A DNA stretch of 64,000 bases from the NCBI GenBank assembly GCA_963727525.1, contig CAVSGO010000005.1, forward strand, positions 544,001-608,000, given 5' to 3'. Origin of the DNA: an uncultured bacterium (GTDB lineage Bacteria; Krumholzibacteriota; Krumholzibacteriia; LZORAL124-64-63). Under the pieces are notes generated by a model. The model made no database searches. It saw only the letters and a list, made by a program, of their open reading frames with translations, and was not told the origin of the DNA. Within the stretch, counting starts at the first letter, position 1, and the number at the start of each line of letters is the position of its first letter. Below, one piece after another: positions 48,752 to 58,024 of this stretch. A program made the translations under genes and the position numbers.

Positions 48752-50269
48752 GTGACCGCCGGCTTCAAGAGCGCCGTCAAGGCGCGTCAAGACTTTCTGC
48801 CCGTCGCGCGCGAGAACAGCGACGTGCAGGGCCAGGTGGCCACGAGTAGCCTCTGGTCGGGCCTGGGCGTCGCCGCCAACACGGTGCTCCAATTTGTGCG
48901 CAGCATGATCTTCGCGCGTCTGCTCATGCCGGCCGATTTCGGCGTGGTCAACCTGGCCAACGTGTTCACGCAATTCATCCTGATCTTCGCCAACTTCGGC
49001 TTCTCATCGTCGGTAATCTTCCACCACGACCTGGACAAGCGCGATCTGGCCACCTCCTGGTGGGGCAACGTGTTCGTCGACACCGCCGCCGCCGGCGCCT
49101 GCGTGCTGATCGCCCTCATCTCGAGCCGATTCGCCGAAAGCCCCCGCGTAGCCCACGTGGTCTGCCTCCTCGCCGTCCAGTTCATCCTCATGAGCTTCGG
49201 CACCGTGAACCAGGCCCTCATGCGCCGCCAGTTCATGTTCCGTCGGCTTGCCACGGTCGATTTCCTGGGCGCCGTGGCCTCGTTCGGCGCAGCCTTCGCC
49301 TTCGTGAAGTTCTGCCACTGGGGCGTCTACGGCCTCGTTGGCGGCATGATCGTGGGCAGCGCCACGATGACTCTCCTCAACTTCGCCTTCATGCCCTGGC
49401 TACCGTCATGGAACTTCTCGTTCCCGTCGCTGCGCAAGCACTTCGGCTACGGCCGCTGGCTCCTCGGAGTGAACATCGTCACGTACATCAACGGCAATAT
49501 GGACCGTGTTGCCGTGGGCGGCCTCCTCAGCCAGACCCAGCTCGGATTCTACGAATACGCCGGCAACATCCCCCTGATGGTGGTCAACAAGATCTCCCAG
49601 GTGATCAACAGCGTGATGTTTCCAGCATTTTCAAGCCTGAAGGACCGCCCCACCGAACTGCGCGACCTGCTCCGCAATCTCTACCGCTACAACGCCTTGC
49701 TGATCTTCCCCATCCTCACGGGCATGGCCCTCGTCGGCCCCGAATTCGTGGCCGTCGCCTACGGCGCCAAGTGGATGCCCATCGTCACCGGCCTGCGCCT
49801 CTTCTGCCTCTACGGCGTTCTACGCCTCTACACGCAACCCCTGTACTCCCTCTGCAACGGCATCGGCGAACAGCAGTTGCCATTCCGTTGGACCCTAGTT
49901 TTCCTTCCCCTCAACCTCGCCCTCATCTACGCTGGAGTGAAGCTCTGGCAACTGGAAGGTGTCGTCCTGGTCCGCAGCGCCCTGCCGCTCTTCATCGGCT
50001 TCACCCTGGGCATCCAGGTGATGCGCAGGATCAAGGTGCCATGGTCACTCCTGTTCCGGGCAACCTGGCCAGCAGCCTCGGCCTGCCTCGCCATGGCGGT
50101 CGTGGTGCTTGGGCTGGGGAGGGTCCACGGAGGATTCATGGGTTTGCCCTTGCCTCGTTTGCTGGTTCATGTCATTGCCGGAGCCGGCACGTACTTTGCC
50201 GTGCTGTTCTTCGCATGGCGTTCCGAGTACCTGGGTGTTTTGAAGCTGATGCAGAGATTCCGCGGATAA
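48752..50269 (+). CDS. Wzx/PST polysaccharide flippase
   Basis: ARLLMPADFG, D...VG..L....LGFY; multiple TM segments. Confidence 0.88.
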   Translation: MTAGFKSAVKARQDFLPVARENSDVQGQVATSSLWSGLGVAANTVLQFVRSMIFARLLMPADFGVVNLANVFTQFILIFANFGFSSSVIFHHDLDKRDLATSWWGNVFVDTAAAGACVLIALISSRFAESPRVAHVVCLLAVQFILMSFGTVNQALMRRQFMFRRLATVDFLGAVASFGAAFAFVKFCHWGVYGLVGGMIVGSATMTLLNFAFMPWLPSWNFSFPSLRKHFGYGRWLLGVNIVTYINGNMDRVAVGGLLSQTQLGFYEYAGNIPLMVVNKISQVINSVMFPAFSSLKDRPTELRDLLRNLYRYNALLIFPILTGMALVGPEFVAVAYGAKWMPIVTGLRLFCLYGVLRLYTQPLYSLCNGIGEQQLPFRWTLVFLPLNLALIYAGVKLWQLEGVVLVRSALPLFIGFTLGIQVMRRIKVPWSLLFRATWPAASACLAMAVVVLGLGRVHGGFMGLPLPRLLVHVIAGAGTYFAVLFFAWRSEYLGVLKLMQRFRG

Positions 50270-50306
50270 TGAGGAGCATCGAAAGCGATTCCAGTTGGAG
50301 TAGGGC

Positions 50307-52067
50307 ATGCCGGGATTCGTGACCCGTATCTCATTCGATCCACGGATCCAGACGTCCTGGCCCGCAGGCGTTCAGGCACTGATATCGAGCGGTGGCCATC
50401 TAGAGGTCGGCGTCATACCTGGACGCGTCGATGCCCCGATGAGGCAATCCAGCACGCGTCTCGCCGACGACACCGCGGCGCTATGGGGCCACGCCTTCGA
50501 CACCCGCGACCGCAAACAACTGGACGCCGCGGAATTGCTTCGTCGCTTCAAACGCGACGGTACCGACCTTCTCGATAACCTCGAGGGTGGCTTCCACGCG
50601 GTTATCCATGACAGCCTCCGCCGACAAGTTCACGTGTTCAACGACCGCGCGGGGATGTTGCCTCTTTATTGGCGAAGAACAGCCTCGGGCGTGACACTCG
50701 CACCACGCGTGCGGTTTGTTGCCGATGAAATGCCGTCATTTGACCCTGTTGGCGTCCTCACGTTTCTGGGCATCGGGTATTGTCTCCATGACAGATCCCT
50801 TTTCGACGGCGTCAAGGTCCTTACCCCGGCGACGCATATGACAGTCGACCTTGCGAGTCGAAACGTGGTATCCACGACCTACTGGGACATCGTCTATTCA
50901 CCCGACAACGACGCCAGCCACCGAGAGCTAGCTTCTGATCTCCACGAAGCCGTCGTCGACTCCGTCGATCTCCTCAACCCCCACGGCAACGACCGCGCCG
51001 GTCTTTTTCTCAGCGGTGGCTGGGATTGCCGGGGCATTCTGGGCGCCCAGCTCGAGCTCGGCCACCCGCCGGCTGCCGTGATCACGAACGGCAAGAGCGA
51101 CAGTATTCCCGGATCCGATACCGCGCTTGCGCGGCGACTCGCTATCGACCACGGCCTGGAGTACAGGTTCTGCAAGCGAGATCCTGAACTCGCCCCGCGA
51201 CTCTATCGCGAGGGCGTCGCTCGGTGCGAACTCATCACCGATACCGCCCCTGAGATCTTCGGTCAGCACCGGGCTCGCCCCGGCGTATTCGATGATCTAG
51301 ACTTCATCTTCAAAGGAGACGAGATCTGGGGCTGGCGCACCGAGGCCGTTGACCGTTTATCGGCAATCGCCCCCGTGATGCCGTCGAAAATCAATAGCGC
51401 CGCACTTGCTCTGCTCACCCCGGATTTCGCAGAGAATGCCGCACATCTGTATCAGGCCGAAATTGACCGCGTCCTGAGTGAGTGCCGGAATGACGGCTGG
51501 AACGACATCAAAGACTACCTCTATTTCAAGGGCCGTGTCGCCCGGTATATATTCGGCCTCGGCGCCTCCGACGAAGAGCATCTTCAGGTCCGACGGCCGT
51601 TCTTCACCCGTAAAGTCCTGGATGTTGTGCGCCGTGTGCCCGCACGCCTTCGGGTCGAGAAGAATCTCTACCTTGAGATGATGGCGCGCCATCAATCAAC
51701 GCTCTATCGCTATCGTCGCAATCACGTCAGCCATATCGCGGACTACTATGCGTACATGACTGACGAGGTCGTCTCGGTCGGTCAAGCGATCGCTGACGGA
51801 AGTGCGTGCATTCCGGGTATGCTGCGGCGCGCCGAACTCGCCGACCTTCTGCAGTCCGTCGTACCGGGCGATACGCCGTCCCCCAAGATCGATATCAGAG
51901 CCCGGCTCAAGGATGCTTTCACCGACCGCTGGGGACATCTGTGGTATCGCAGCGGTCTGTACGAAACCCGCTCCCGACGCTTGGTGGCCGACTGGAGCGC
52001 TTCCGATTCGGTCGTCAGGTTCCGCGCGTTCCTCCTCCCGGTCTATTGCCAGTCAGCCCCATTCTGA
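50307..52067 (+). CDS. Asparagine-synthetase-like ATP-dependent amide ligase lacking the N-terminal catalytic Cys
   Basis: N-terminus MPG instead of MCG; DRAGMLPLY; LFLSGGWD PP-loop; RRPF. Confidence 0.75.
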   Translation: MPGFVTRISFDPRIQTSWPAGVQALISSGGHLEVGVIPGRVDAPMRQSSTRLADDTAALWGHAFDTRDRKQLDAAELLRRFKRDGTDLLDNLEGGFHAVIHDSLRRQVHVFNDRAGMLPLYWRRTASGVTLAPRVRFVADEMPSFDPVGVLTFLGIGYCLHDRSLFDGVKVLTPATHMTVDLASRNVVSTTYWDIVYSPDNDASHRELASDLHEAVVDSVDLLNPHGNDRAGLFLSGGWDCRGILGAQLELGHPPAAVITNGKSDSIPGSDTALARRLAIDHGLEYRFCKRDPELAPRLYREGVARCELITDTAPEIFGQHRARPGVFDDLDFIFKGDEIWGWRTEAVDRLSAIAPVMPSKINSAALALLTPDFAENAAHLYQAEIDRVLSECRNDGWNDIKDYLYFKGRVARYIFGLGASDEEHLQVRRPFFTRKVLDVVRRVPARLRVEKNLYLEMMARHQSTLYRYRRNHVSHIADYYAYMTDEVVSVGQAIADGSACIPGMLRRAELADLLQSVVPGDTPSPKIDIRARLKDAFTDRWGHLWYRSGLYETRSRRLVADWSASDSVVRFRAFLLPVYCQSAPF

Positions 52068-52141
52068 CACCAATCCTGGCTATAACGGACCGCAGGGTTT
52101 CCCTTATCCACCCCGATCCGCGCACTAAAGGTCACTCTCGA

Positions 52142-52170
52142 TTGTCCGGCCGCGGCTGCGATGGTAAATT
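52142..52170 (+). promoter_or_regulatory. Candidate sigma70 extended -10 promoter
   Basis: TTGTCC-17 nt-TAAATT with TG at -15/-14. Confidence 0.4.
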
Positions 52171-52229
52171 GTGGAGCGCGCCACAACGGCCGACCGCTCA
52201 TGAGGAGGGTGATCGTGGAGTTCTCGGGC

Positions 52230-54887
52230 ATGCGCTCCCATCGACGTAGGTTCGGAATCGGCGCTCTCATGACAGTGGCGTTTTCGGCCCTCTTCGGTAT
52301 GATTGCACCGGGCCATGTTCTGGCAGCCCAGTGGCATGTTTCGCCGTCCGGCGACGATCTGTCCGGCGACGGTTCCGCCGGCGCCCCATGGTCGACCATC
52401 CAGCATGCACTGACTTCCGCCGGTTCCAGCGACACCATCATCCTGGCCGATACGACATTCACCGGTGCCGCCAATCACGACCTGATACTGACCGACAAAT
52501 CGATCAACCTCATCTCCGCGAGCGGCGACCCCAATCTCTGCATCGTCGACTGCGAATACGACTTGACCGGCAGTGGGAATTGGCTCAATTGCGACGGGAC
52601 AGGTTCATATCAGCTAGATATCACCGGTATCTCTGTAGTCGATATCTACGGCTCCGGAATTGTAGTCACCAATGAATCGGGCCTTTCCGGCTATCTTACC
52701 GACGTACGCTTCATCAATGCCGGGACCTCCGGTATGGCCGCTAATTTTGGCGACTTTCACCTGCAGAACTGCCGCTTCGAGTCTTGTGGCACCGGGGTGA
52801 GTTTGGGGTTTGGCGCCAGCTGTGACGCAGATAGTTGCTATTTCGACGGCAATGATATCGGCGCCACGCTCTCGCAAGGCCCACAGTATAACCTGACCGA
52901 TTGCACATTTGATTCCAATGGCGTCGGACTTTCGGGGATTGGCGCAAAGCGGCTAGGCGACCCGCAGGACAAAGCCGGGGTTCAAATTGTCGGCCACGTC
53001 GAAAATTGCGTTTTCACGAATAACGCGCGGGGCGTCGATATAGAATTTGACGGTACATTCGTAGGTTGCGAGTTCGTGGCCAACACCGAGATCGCAGCGC
53101 AATTCAGATTGTCGAGTTTCGTTCATCTTACCGACTGCGACATCCATGATAATCTCGGAGATGGATTGCTTGCCACCTCTGTCGATTGTTCCGTCTCCGA
53201 TTGCAGAATTACGGGCAACGCAGGCCGCGGGCTCGTGGCATCAGGCGGTGGCGGTTTTGGTGTCAACATCGACCATACACTAGTCTCATGCAACGCCGGA
53301 GCCGGCGCGGAACTCACTATCAACTTCGCAGGCAGCCTCGTTATCGATCATGTCACCGTGGCACATAATGCCAGCGGGCTTGCACTCTCGGCTCCGAACA
53401 ATGCCACTGTGACCAACACCGTCATTGCCAACAACGCCGGCGAGGCACTTTGCGATGACGGTGCCAGCTACGCTTTTTGCGATGTTTTCGGCAACGGCAC
53501 CGACACCTGTCCTGACTCATGGATCGTGTCCGGCACAAACGTCGCGGCAAATCCGTTGTTCTGTGGCGGGTGCGGCGACGGTGCGAGTGCTTTTTATCTC
53601 GCGGTCAACAGCCCATGCCTCCTTGCGGATGGGGAATTCATGGGTGTCTATGGTGAGGTTTGTGACGCAATATACGCCGGTACGGTTGTGGTCGAATGCG
53701 AGCCGGAAGAGGCGGATACGCCGTGGCAACTCCTGCGGGACGATCAGGTTGTCGCGTCGGGAACCTCGGGTGCCATCCTCACGTCTTTGGCTGTTGGTAC
53801 GTATACACAGCAATGGCTCCCCGGGGACGGCTGGGCCCCGCCTGTGCCCGCGACGTTGCTGTTCGAACTCGCTGCCGACTCGACAGTAACGGTGACTGCG
53901 ACCTATGGCCCCGAGCCCTACATCGTCGGCGTTGAGGATGTCCCGGATGACAACGGCGGACTCGTGCGCCTCACCTGGAACCGCAGTGCGTACGATATTG
54001 AGGATAGCGCTACCCCCATCACGGCATATGGCGTCTACCGCAAGCAGGTGTCCGCCCGTCTTGGGAGCAAGGTTCCTACGGCGAGTAGTCGCTTGCTTGA
54101 TTGGGATTTTGTGGTCTCGGTGCCGGCGCGCGGTGATGTCGGCTATCAAACGGTCGTCCCGACCCTTTGCGACTCGAGCCGGGATATCGGTATCTGCTGG
54201 TCCGTCTTCATAGTTTCTGCCCAAACTGCAGATGCCGTCGTGTTTTTTGATTCGGCGCCAGACAGCGGCTATTCGGTCAACAATCTCATTCCGTCCATGC
54301 CATCATCTTTTACAGTGGATTTTGCGGCGGCCGAGAACGACCTGTCGTGGACGACTCCGGGCGACCCCGATCTCGTGGCTTATCTCGTATTTCGTTGCGA
54401 CCGCGATCATCTCGGCGACCCGATGACCGACCCACCATTCACGACTGTCTACGCCACGCAGTGGACGGATGCGCTCGGCGATGGTGACCTGCTAGGATGG
54501 TACTACGCGTACGCCATCGTCGCCGTCGACGTGGCCGGAAACCGCAGCGATCCGACGCCTTGGGCCGTATCCGACCTCGTGGCAGTATTCGATCGGATGG
54601 CATCGCTGCATTTCGGGCTGTCGCCGTGCTATCCGAACCCCTTCAATCCTGCGACGACGATCCGGTATAGCCTCGAACGTTCCGGGGCGGTCACGTTGTC
54701 CGTCTTCGATCTGCGTGGGAGGCTCGTGCGTACGCTTTTGGCGGAGTCCGTCATGAGTGCTGGCGAAAACGTCACGATCTGGGACGGCCGCAACAACGCC
54801 GGACAGACATCTCCGGCGGGAGTCTATTTCGCGGTACTCAAGTCAGGAGATGGGACGGCAACCATCCGCATGAACCTCGTGAAATGA
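52230..54887 (+). CDS. Secreted right-handed beta-helix protein with Ig/FN3-like domains and C-terminal FlgD-Ig domain
   Basis: Signal peptide; VSPSGDD...G....PW.TIQ.A pectin-lyase-like start; repeated C-x-F/I-x-x-N; C-terminal PNPFNPATTIRY...FDLRGRLVRTL...WDGRN...GVYF. Confidence 0.8.
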   Translation: MRSHRRRFGIGALMTVAFSALFGMIAPGHVLAAQWHVSPSGDDLSGDGSAGAPWSTIQHALTSAGSSDTIILADTTFTGAANHDLILTDKSINLISASGDPNLCIVDCEYDLTGSGNWLNCDGTGSYQLDITGISVVDIYGSGIVVTNESGLSGYLTDVRFINAGTSGMAANFGDFHLQNCRFESCGTGVSLGFGASCDADSCYFDGNDIGATLSQGPQYNLTDCTFDSNGVGLSGIGAKRLGDPQDKAGVQIVGHVENCVFTNNARGVDIEFDGTFVGCEFVANTEIAAQFRLSSFVHLTDCDIHDNLGDGLLATSVDCSVSDCRITGNAGRGLVASGGGGFGVNIDHTLVSCNAGAGAELTINFAGSLVIDHVTVAHNASGLALSAPNNATVTNTVIANNAGEALCDDGASYAFCDVFGNGTDTCPDSWIVSGTNVAANPLFCGGCGDGASAFYLAVNSPCLLADGEFMGVYGEVCDAIYAGTVVVECEPEEADTPWQLLRDDQVVASGTSGAILTSLAVGTYTQQWLPGDGWAPPVPATLLFELAADSTVTVTATYGPEPYIVGVEDVPDDNGGLVRLTWNRSAYDIEDSATPITAYGVYRKQVSARLGSKVPTASSRLLDWDFVVSVPARGDVGYQTVVPTLCDSSRDIGICWSVFIVSAQTADAVVFFDSAPDSGYSVNNLIPSMPSSFTVDFAAAENDLSWTTPGDPDLVAYLVFRCDRDHLGDPMTDPPFTTVYATQWTDALGDGDLLGWYYAYAIVAVDVAGNRSDPTPWAVSDLVAVFDRMASLHFGLSPCYPNPFNPATTIRYSLERSGAVTLSVFDLRGRLVRTLLAESVMSAGENVTIWDGRNNAGQTSPAGVYFAVLKSGDGTATIRMNLVK

Positions 54888-54987
54888 CGAGGATGCGCCA
54901 ATGCTACGTTGTGGCGACGGCAGCCAGGTTAGCTCGCGACAGCGTACAGCTTCCCGTCACCCCTGAAATGTGGATCGGACAGTTTTC

Positions 54988-56016
54988 CTAGGTGCTCCCC
55001 GAAACGTCACGCGCGTTCTCGGCGAGTGGGTGGAGGTCCAATGCAGCCAGAAGCATGTCGAAACGCTGCTGCCAGTCGCGTCGGTGGACCTCGGCCAGTT
55101 GGCAGACCTCAGACGCGAGTTCCTGCTGCCGATCAATAAGAGCACCGATCGCCTCGGCGATTCCCCCTGCCGTGTTATCGGTCGCGACGGCGCCACGGGA
55201 GAAATACTCCACGAGTACATTTTGGTCTGAAACCACGAGTGGCTTTCCCACTGCCACGGCTTCATAAGCACAGCACAAGATCGTTTCAGGAAGGGTCGTC
55301 AACGCGAGGACGCCGTGGCTCGACATCAGAAGCGACTCGTAGTCCTCTTCGGACAGGAATCCCGTGAACCGTACGTTCGACGGGGCAGATTCGCGGAGGC
55401 CCGTCGGGGCCTTGCGCGAGTCGCCCGTCACGTGGATCGTGACTCCGGGCCCCACGACTCGAGCAGACTCCATGACTTCGAACAGGGGTTCGTCTGTGGC
55501 GTACGAGGCGACAAGGACGATGTGGTGCCCCGGGCCAAGGTCGGTGACACTCCCCTTTTCGAGGCGCGGCGGTCGGTCCTGGAGTACGAATCCCCGACCG
55601 CCCATCGAATCGACCAGATTCCTCAAGCTCTCGTTCGTCACGATCGTCAAATCGGCGTTTCTCACGGTATAGCGGCTCAGCGCGTAGAAAGTTCTTTTTT
55701 CGAATCCGCTGGCATGCACGGTCCGGAGGTGAAAATTCGAGTGGCGATCGACGACGAGCCGGTATCGTAGGACTGGCTTCATCGCGCAGGCAACGGCTGC
55801 GAGCAAAATCGACGGGTTCTGAACGAATAGGAGCTTCGGGCGTCGCCGCAAAAGCGTTGAGATCGTCTTGAACCCGAGCAGAAGCGCCCTGAGATAATAG
55901 GGGCGTCGCGACATCAAGGTCAGACACTCTACCCCCAGGGCATCGGCGAGTTCACGCGATCGGCGGTGGGCTTCCCAGGTGATCCATATACTCTCTGCGC
56001 GAGTAGAATTTGCCAT
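54988..56016 (-). CDS. Glycosyltransferase (GT-B fold, GT4-like)
   Basis: WITWE..RRS, VDRH, YATDEP, FTGFL, AYEAVAVGKPLV. Confidence 0.8.
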   Translation of the reverse strand: MANSTRAESIWITWEAHRRSRELADALGVECLTLMSRRPYYLRALLLGFKTISTLLRRRPKLLFVQNPSILLAAVACAMKPVLRYRLVVDRHSNFHLRTVHASGFEKRTFYALSRYTVRNADLTIVTNESLRNLVDSMGGRGFVLQDRPPRLEKGSVTDLGPGHHIVLVASYATDEPLFEVMESARVVGPGVTIHVTGDSRKAPTGLRESAPSNVRFTGFLSEEDYESLLMSSHGVLALTTLPETILCCAYEAVAVGKPLVVSDQNVLVEYFSRGAVATDNTAGGIAEAIGALIDRQQELASEVCQLAEVHRRDWQQRFDMLLAALDLHPLAENARDVSGST

Positions 56017-56170
56017 AGTAGATCCACCCAGCGCCACGTGTCGGCGTTGTTGCCGTCAGCTGCCTTGATGCCGGTGACCGGCTCCGACTGGAGCCGGAAC
56101 GACCCGCGCCGACTCCAGTCTAGCTACTGGCGTCGGCGCGGAGCAATCTCGAATCGATCGAGCCGCTATT

Positions 56171-57562
56171 TTACGGCTGCCATAGAGGTATCGTCGGTGG
56201 GCCGGGCGGCCCTTCGTCGCCGGACGCCGTCACTGTGAGCACATCTGACCCTGTCTGTCCGCCACTGTCTTGCACGGTCACGGTGATCACCGTCACGCCG
56301 GAACCGAGTGGCACCGCGGGAATCTCCCACTGGGTCCAGTTACCGGATACATTGGTCGCGGTACCGCTGTCACCACCGCTCGTCGACCAGGCTACGGTGC
56401 TGATTGCGCCATCGTCGCTCGCCGCACCGCCGACGAGGATCGTCTGAAGATCCGTCTGGTATGTGTCGGATGACGTCGGCTGCTGGATCTCGATGCTAGG
56501 CGGAAAATCGTTGCTGACGGCTTCCCCGATCACGACCTCGTACCCCGAGCCGTTATGGTTACCGTCGCGGTCGACCAGGAAGACATACGCGGTATCGCCC
56601 GTGTGGAACGTACCGAGATTGGCACGGAAGGCGGCTGAACTCGTTGTCCAGGTTGTCGGAGCCTGGATCTCCCGATGACTGCAGGCATCCCAGTTCGCGT
56701 TGTCGCCCACCTCGATCCGAGCCAGCGTCGTATCACAGTACATCTCACTGACGTAGCTCTTCAACTCTCCACCGTCGCTGGTACGGAAGTAGTGCCCGAA
56801 CACGAAATAGTCGTCGCGGTGCTCATTGATCAGATAGGTGCCGGTGATCTCGGCCAGCTTGTCCAGATCGGCCGCCACCCAACTGCGAAAATCGGCGTGG
56901 CCGACGGTACCTTGATCGATGAAACGCTCGGCGCGGAACCATCGGTCAAGGTAGTTCCCGAGCGGCGGGATTTCCCAGAGATTCTCCACGACCGCGCCCG
57001 AGTCGTCCGTCGCGTAGAGATGGCCACCGGACGTCCCACCGTAACTATCGACGCGGCACTGAGGGTTGCCATACCAGGAACCTGGCTCGTATTCTCCGAA
57101 GTTGCCCCAGAGTTTCTGATTCGTCGACTGGAGCGCAGTACCTGCGAAGTCGTCTCGGTAAACCCATGTGCTCATGTAGAACACCTTGAAGTCGATACCT
57201 TCGAGCCCGATGGTCTGGTTGTAAATCCCCGACACGAGGTAGTCCTGCTCGGCGACCTTCTCACCCGGCACGCGTTGACGCCCCTGGGAGTAGTGAGGAT
57301 AGTCTCCATTTCCGCCCCCGGTGAGCCACCCCCCCTGGCTCTGAGTCGGAAGCCGGTCCCCGAGTGTACCGTTCTCGAAATCATCGAAGCGGAGCGGCGC
57401 GGCAGGGATCTTGGTGCCGAAACCGCTTCCCTGAATCGTCACGATCTGGCCATGGTTGAGACTGCCGGAGATCCCCGTGATCTGCGGTGCCGCCAGCGTC
57501 GGAGTTGCCTGAAGCAGCCCCATCGCCGCGACAAGCACAATGGCCAAGAGGTTTCGCCTCAT
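56171..57562 (-). CDS. Secreted multi-domain protein (IPT-like, lectin/lyase-like beta-sandwich, C-terminal Ig-like)
   Basis: Signal peptide MRRNLLAIVL...LAA; VTIQGSGFG; FDDFENG; C-terminal Ig-like PPSIEI...ITVTVQDSGG; GGAGG RBS. Domain calls are by eye. Confidence 0.65.
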   Translation of the reverse strand: MRRNLLAIVLVAAMGLLQATPTLAAPQITGISGSLNHGQIVTIQGSGFGTKIPAAPLRFDDFENGTLGDRLPTQSQGGWLTGGGNGDYPHYSQGRQRVPGEKVAEQDYLVSGIYNQTIGLEGIDFKVFYMSTWVYRDDFAGTALQSTNQKLWGNFGEYEPGSWYGNPQCRVDSYGGTSGGHLYATDDSGAVVENLWEIPPLGNYLDRWFRAERFIDQGTVGHADFRSWVAADLDKLAEITGTYLINEHRDDYFVFGHYFRTSDGGELKSYVSEMYCDTTLARIEVGDNANWDACSHREIQAPTTWTTSSAAFRANLGTFHTGDTAYVFLVDRDGNHNGSGYEVVIGEAVSNDFPPSIEIQQPTSSDTYQTDLQTILVGGAASDDGAISTVAWSTSGGDSGTATNVSGNWTQWEIPAVPLGSGVTVITVTVQDSGGQTGSDVLTVTASGDEGPPGPPTIPLWQP

Positions 57563-58024
57563 GTGTAGCCTCCAGTGGCATTCTACCGGCAATCCGGGTG
57601 TACCGTAGCGATCAAGCAAAATACGTGCCCCTGGCGCTCCGGCGACGCGGCAGCGCCATACAGCGAAGCGGCTCCCGGGTTCCCGGACAAATCAAGCCTG
57701 AATATAAGCACCTCTGCGGTCTTGGACAGACTATTCGGAATAAAGTAGCTAATTGGTCGCAACTACGCGGTTTCCGTACCCCCCCCCCAACACAGAGAGA
57801 GCCCGCCGGGCCGGTTGTATCGCTTCGCCATTCATTCGCGTACCCCCTGATCGGCGCTCCCCGGACCGTGCAGAATCCACGGGTGGCGGTTTGGACCTCG
57901 GTCGGTATATCCTACGCGGACTTCGCACCGAGATGGCGACATCAGCAATACTCCTGGGGCGCGATTCTTGAGAGTGCGCCATGGGCCGTAAGCGAACGAG
58001 CGTTCTGGAGACGAAGGAATTCAG

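Noticed and set aside
57753-57768. GG-N10-GC resembling a sigma54 promoter
   Set aside because: Poor match to TGGCAC-N5-TTGC beyond the two dinucleotides.
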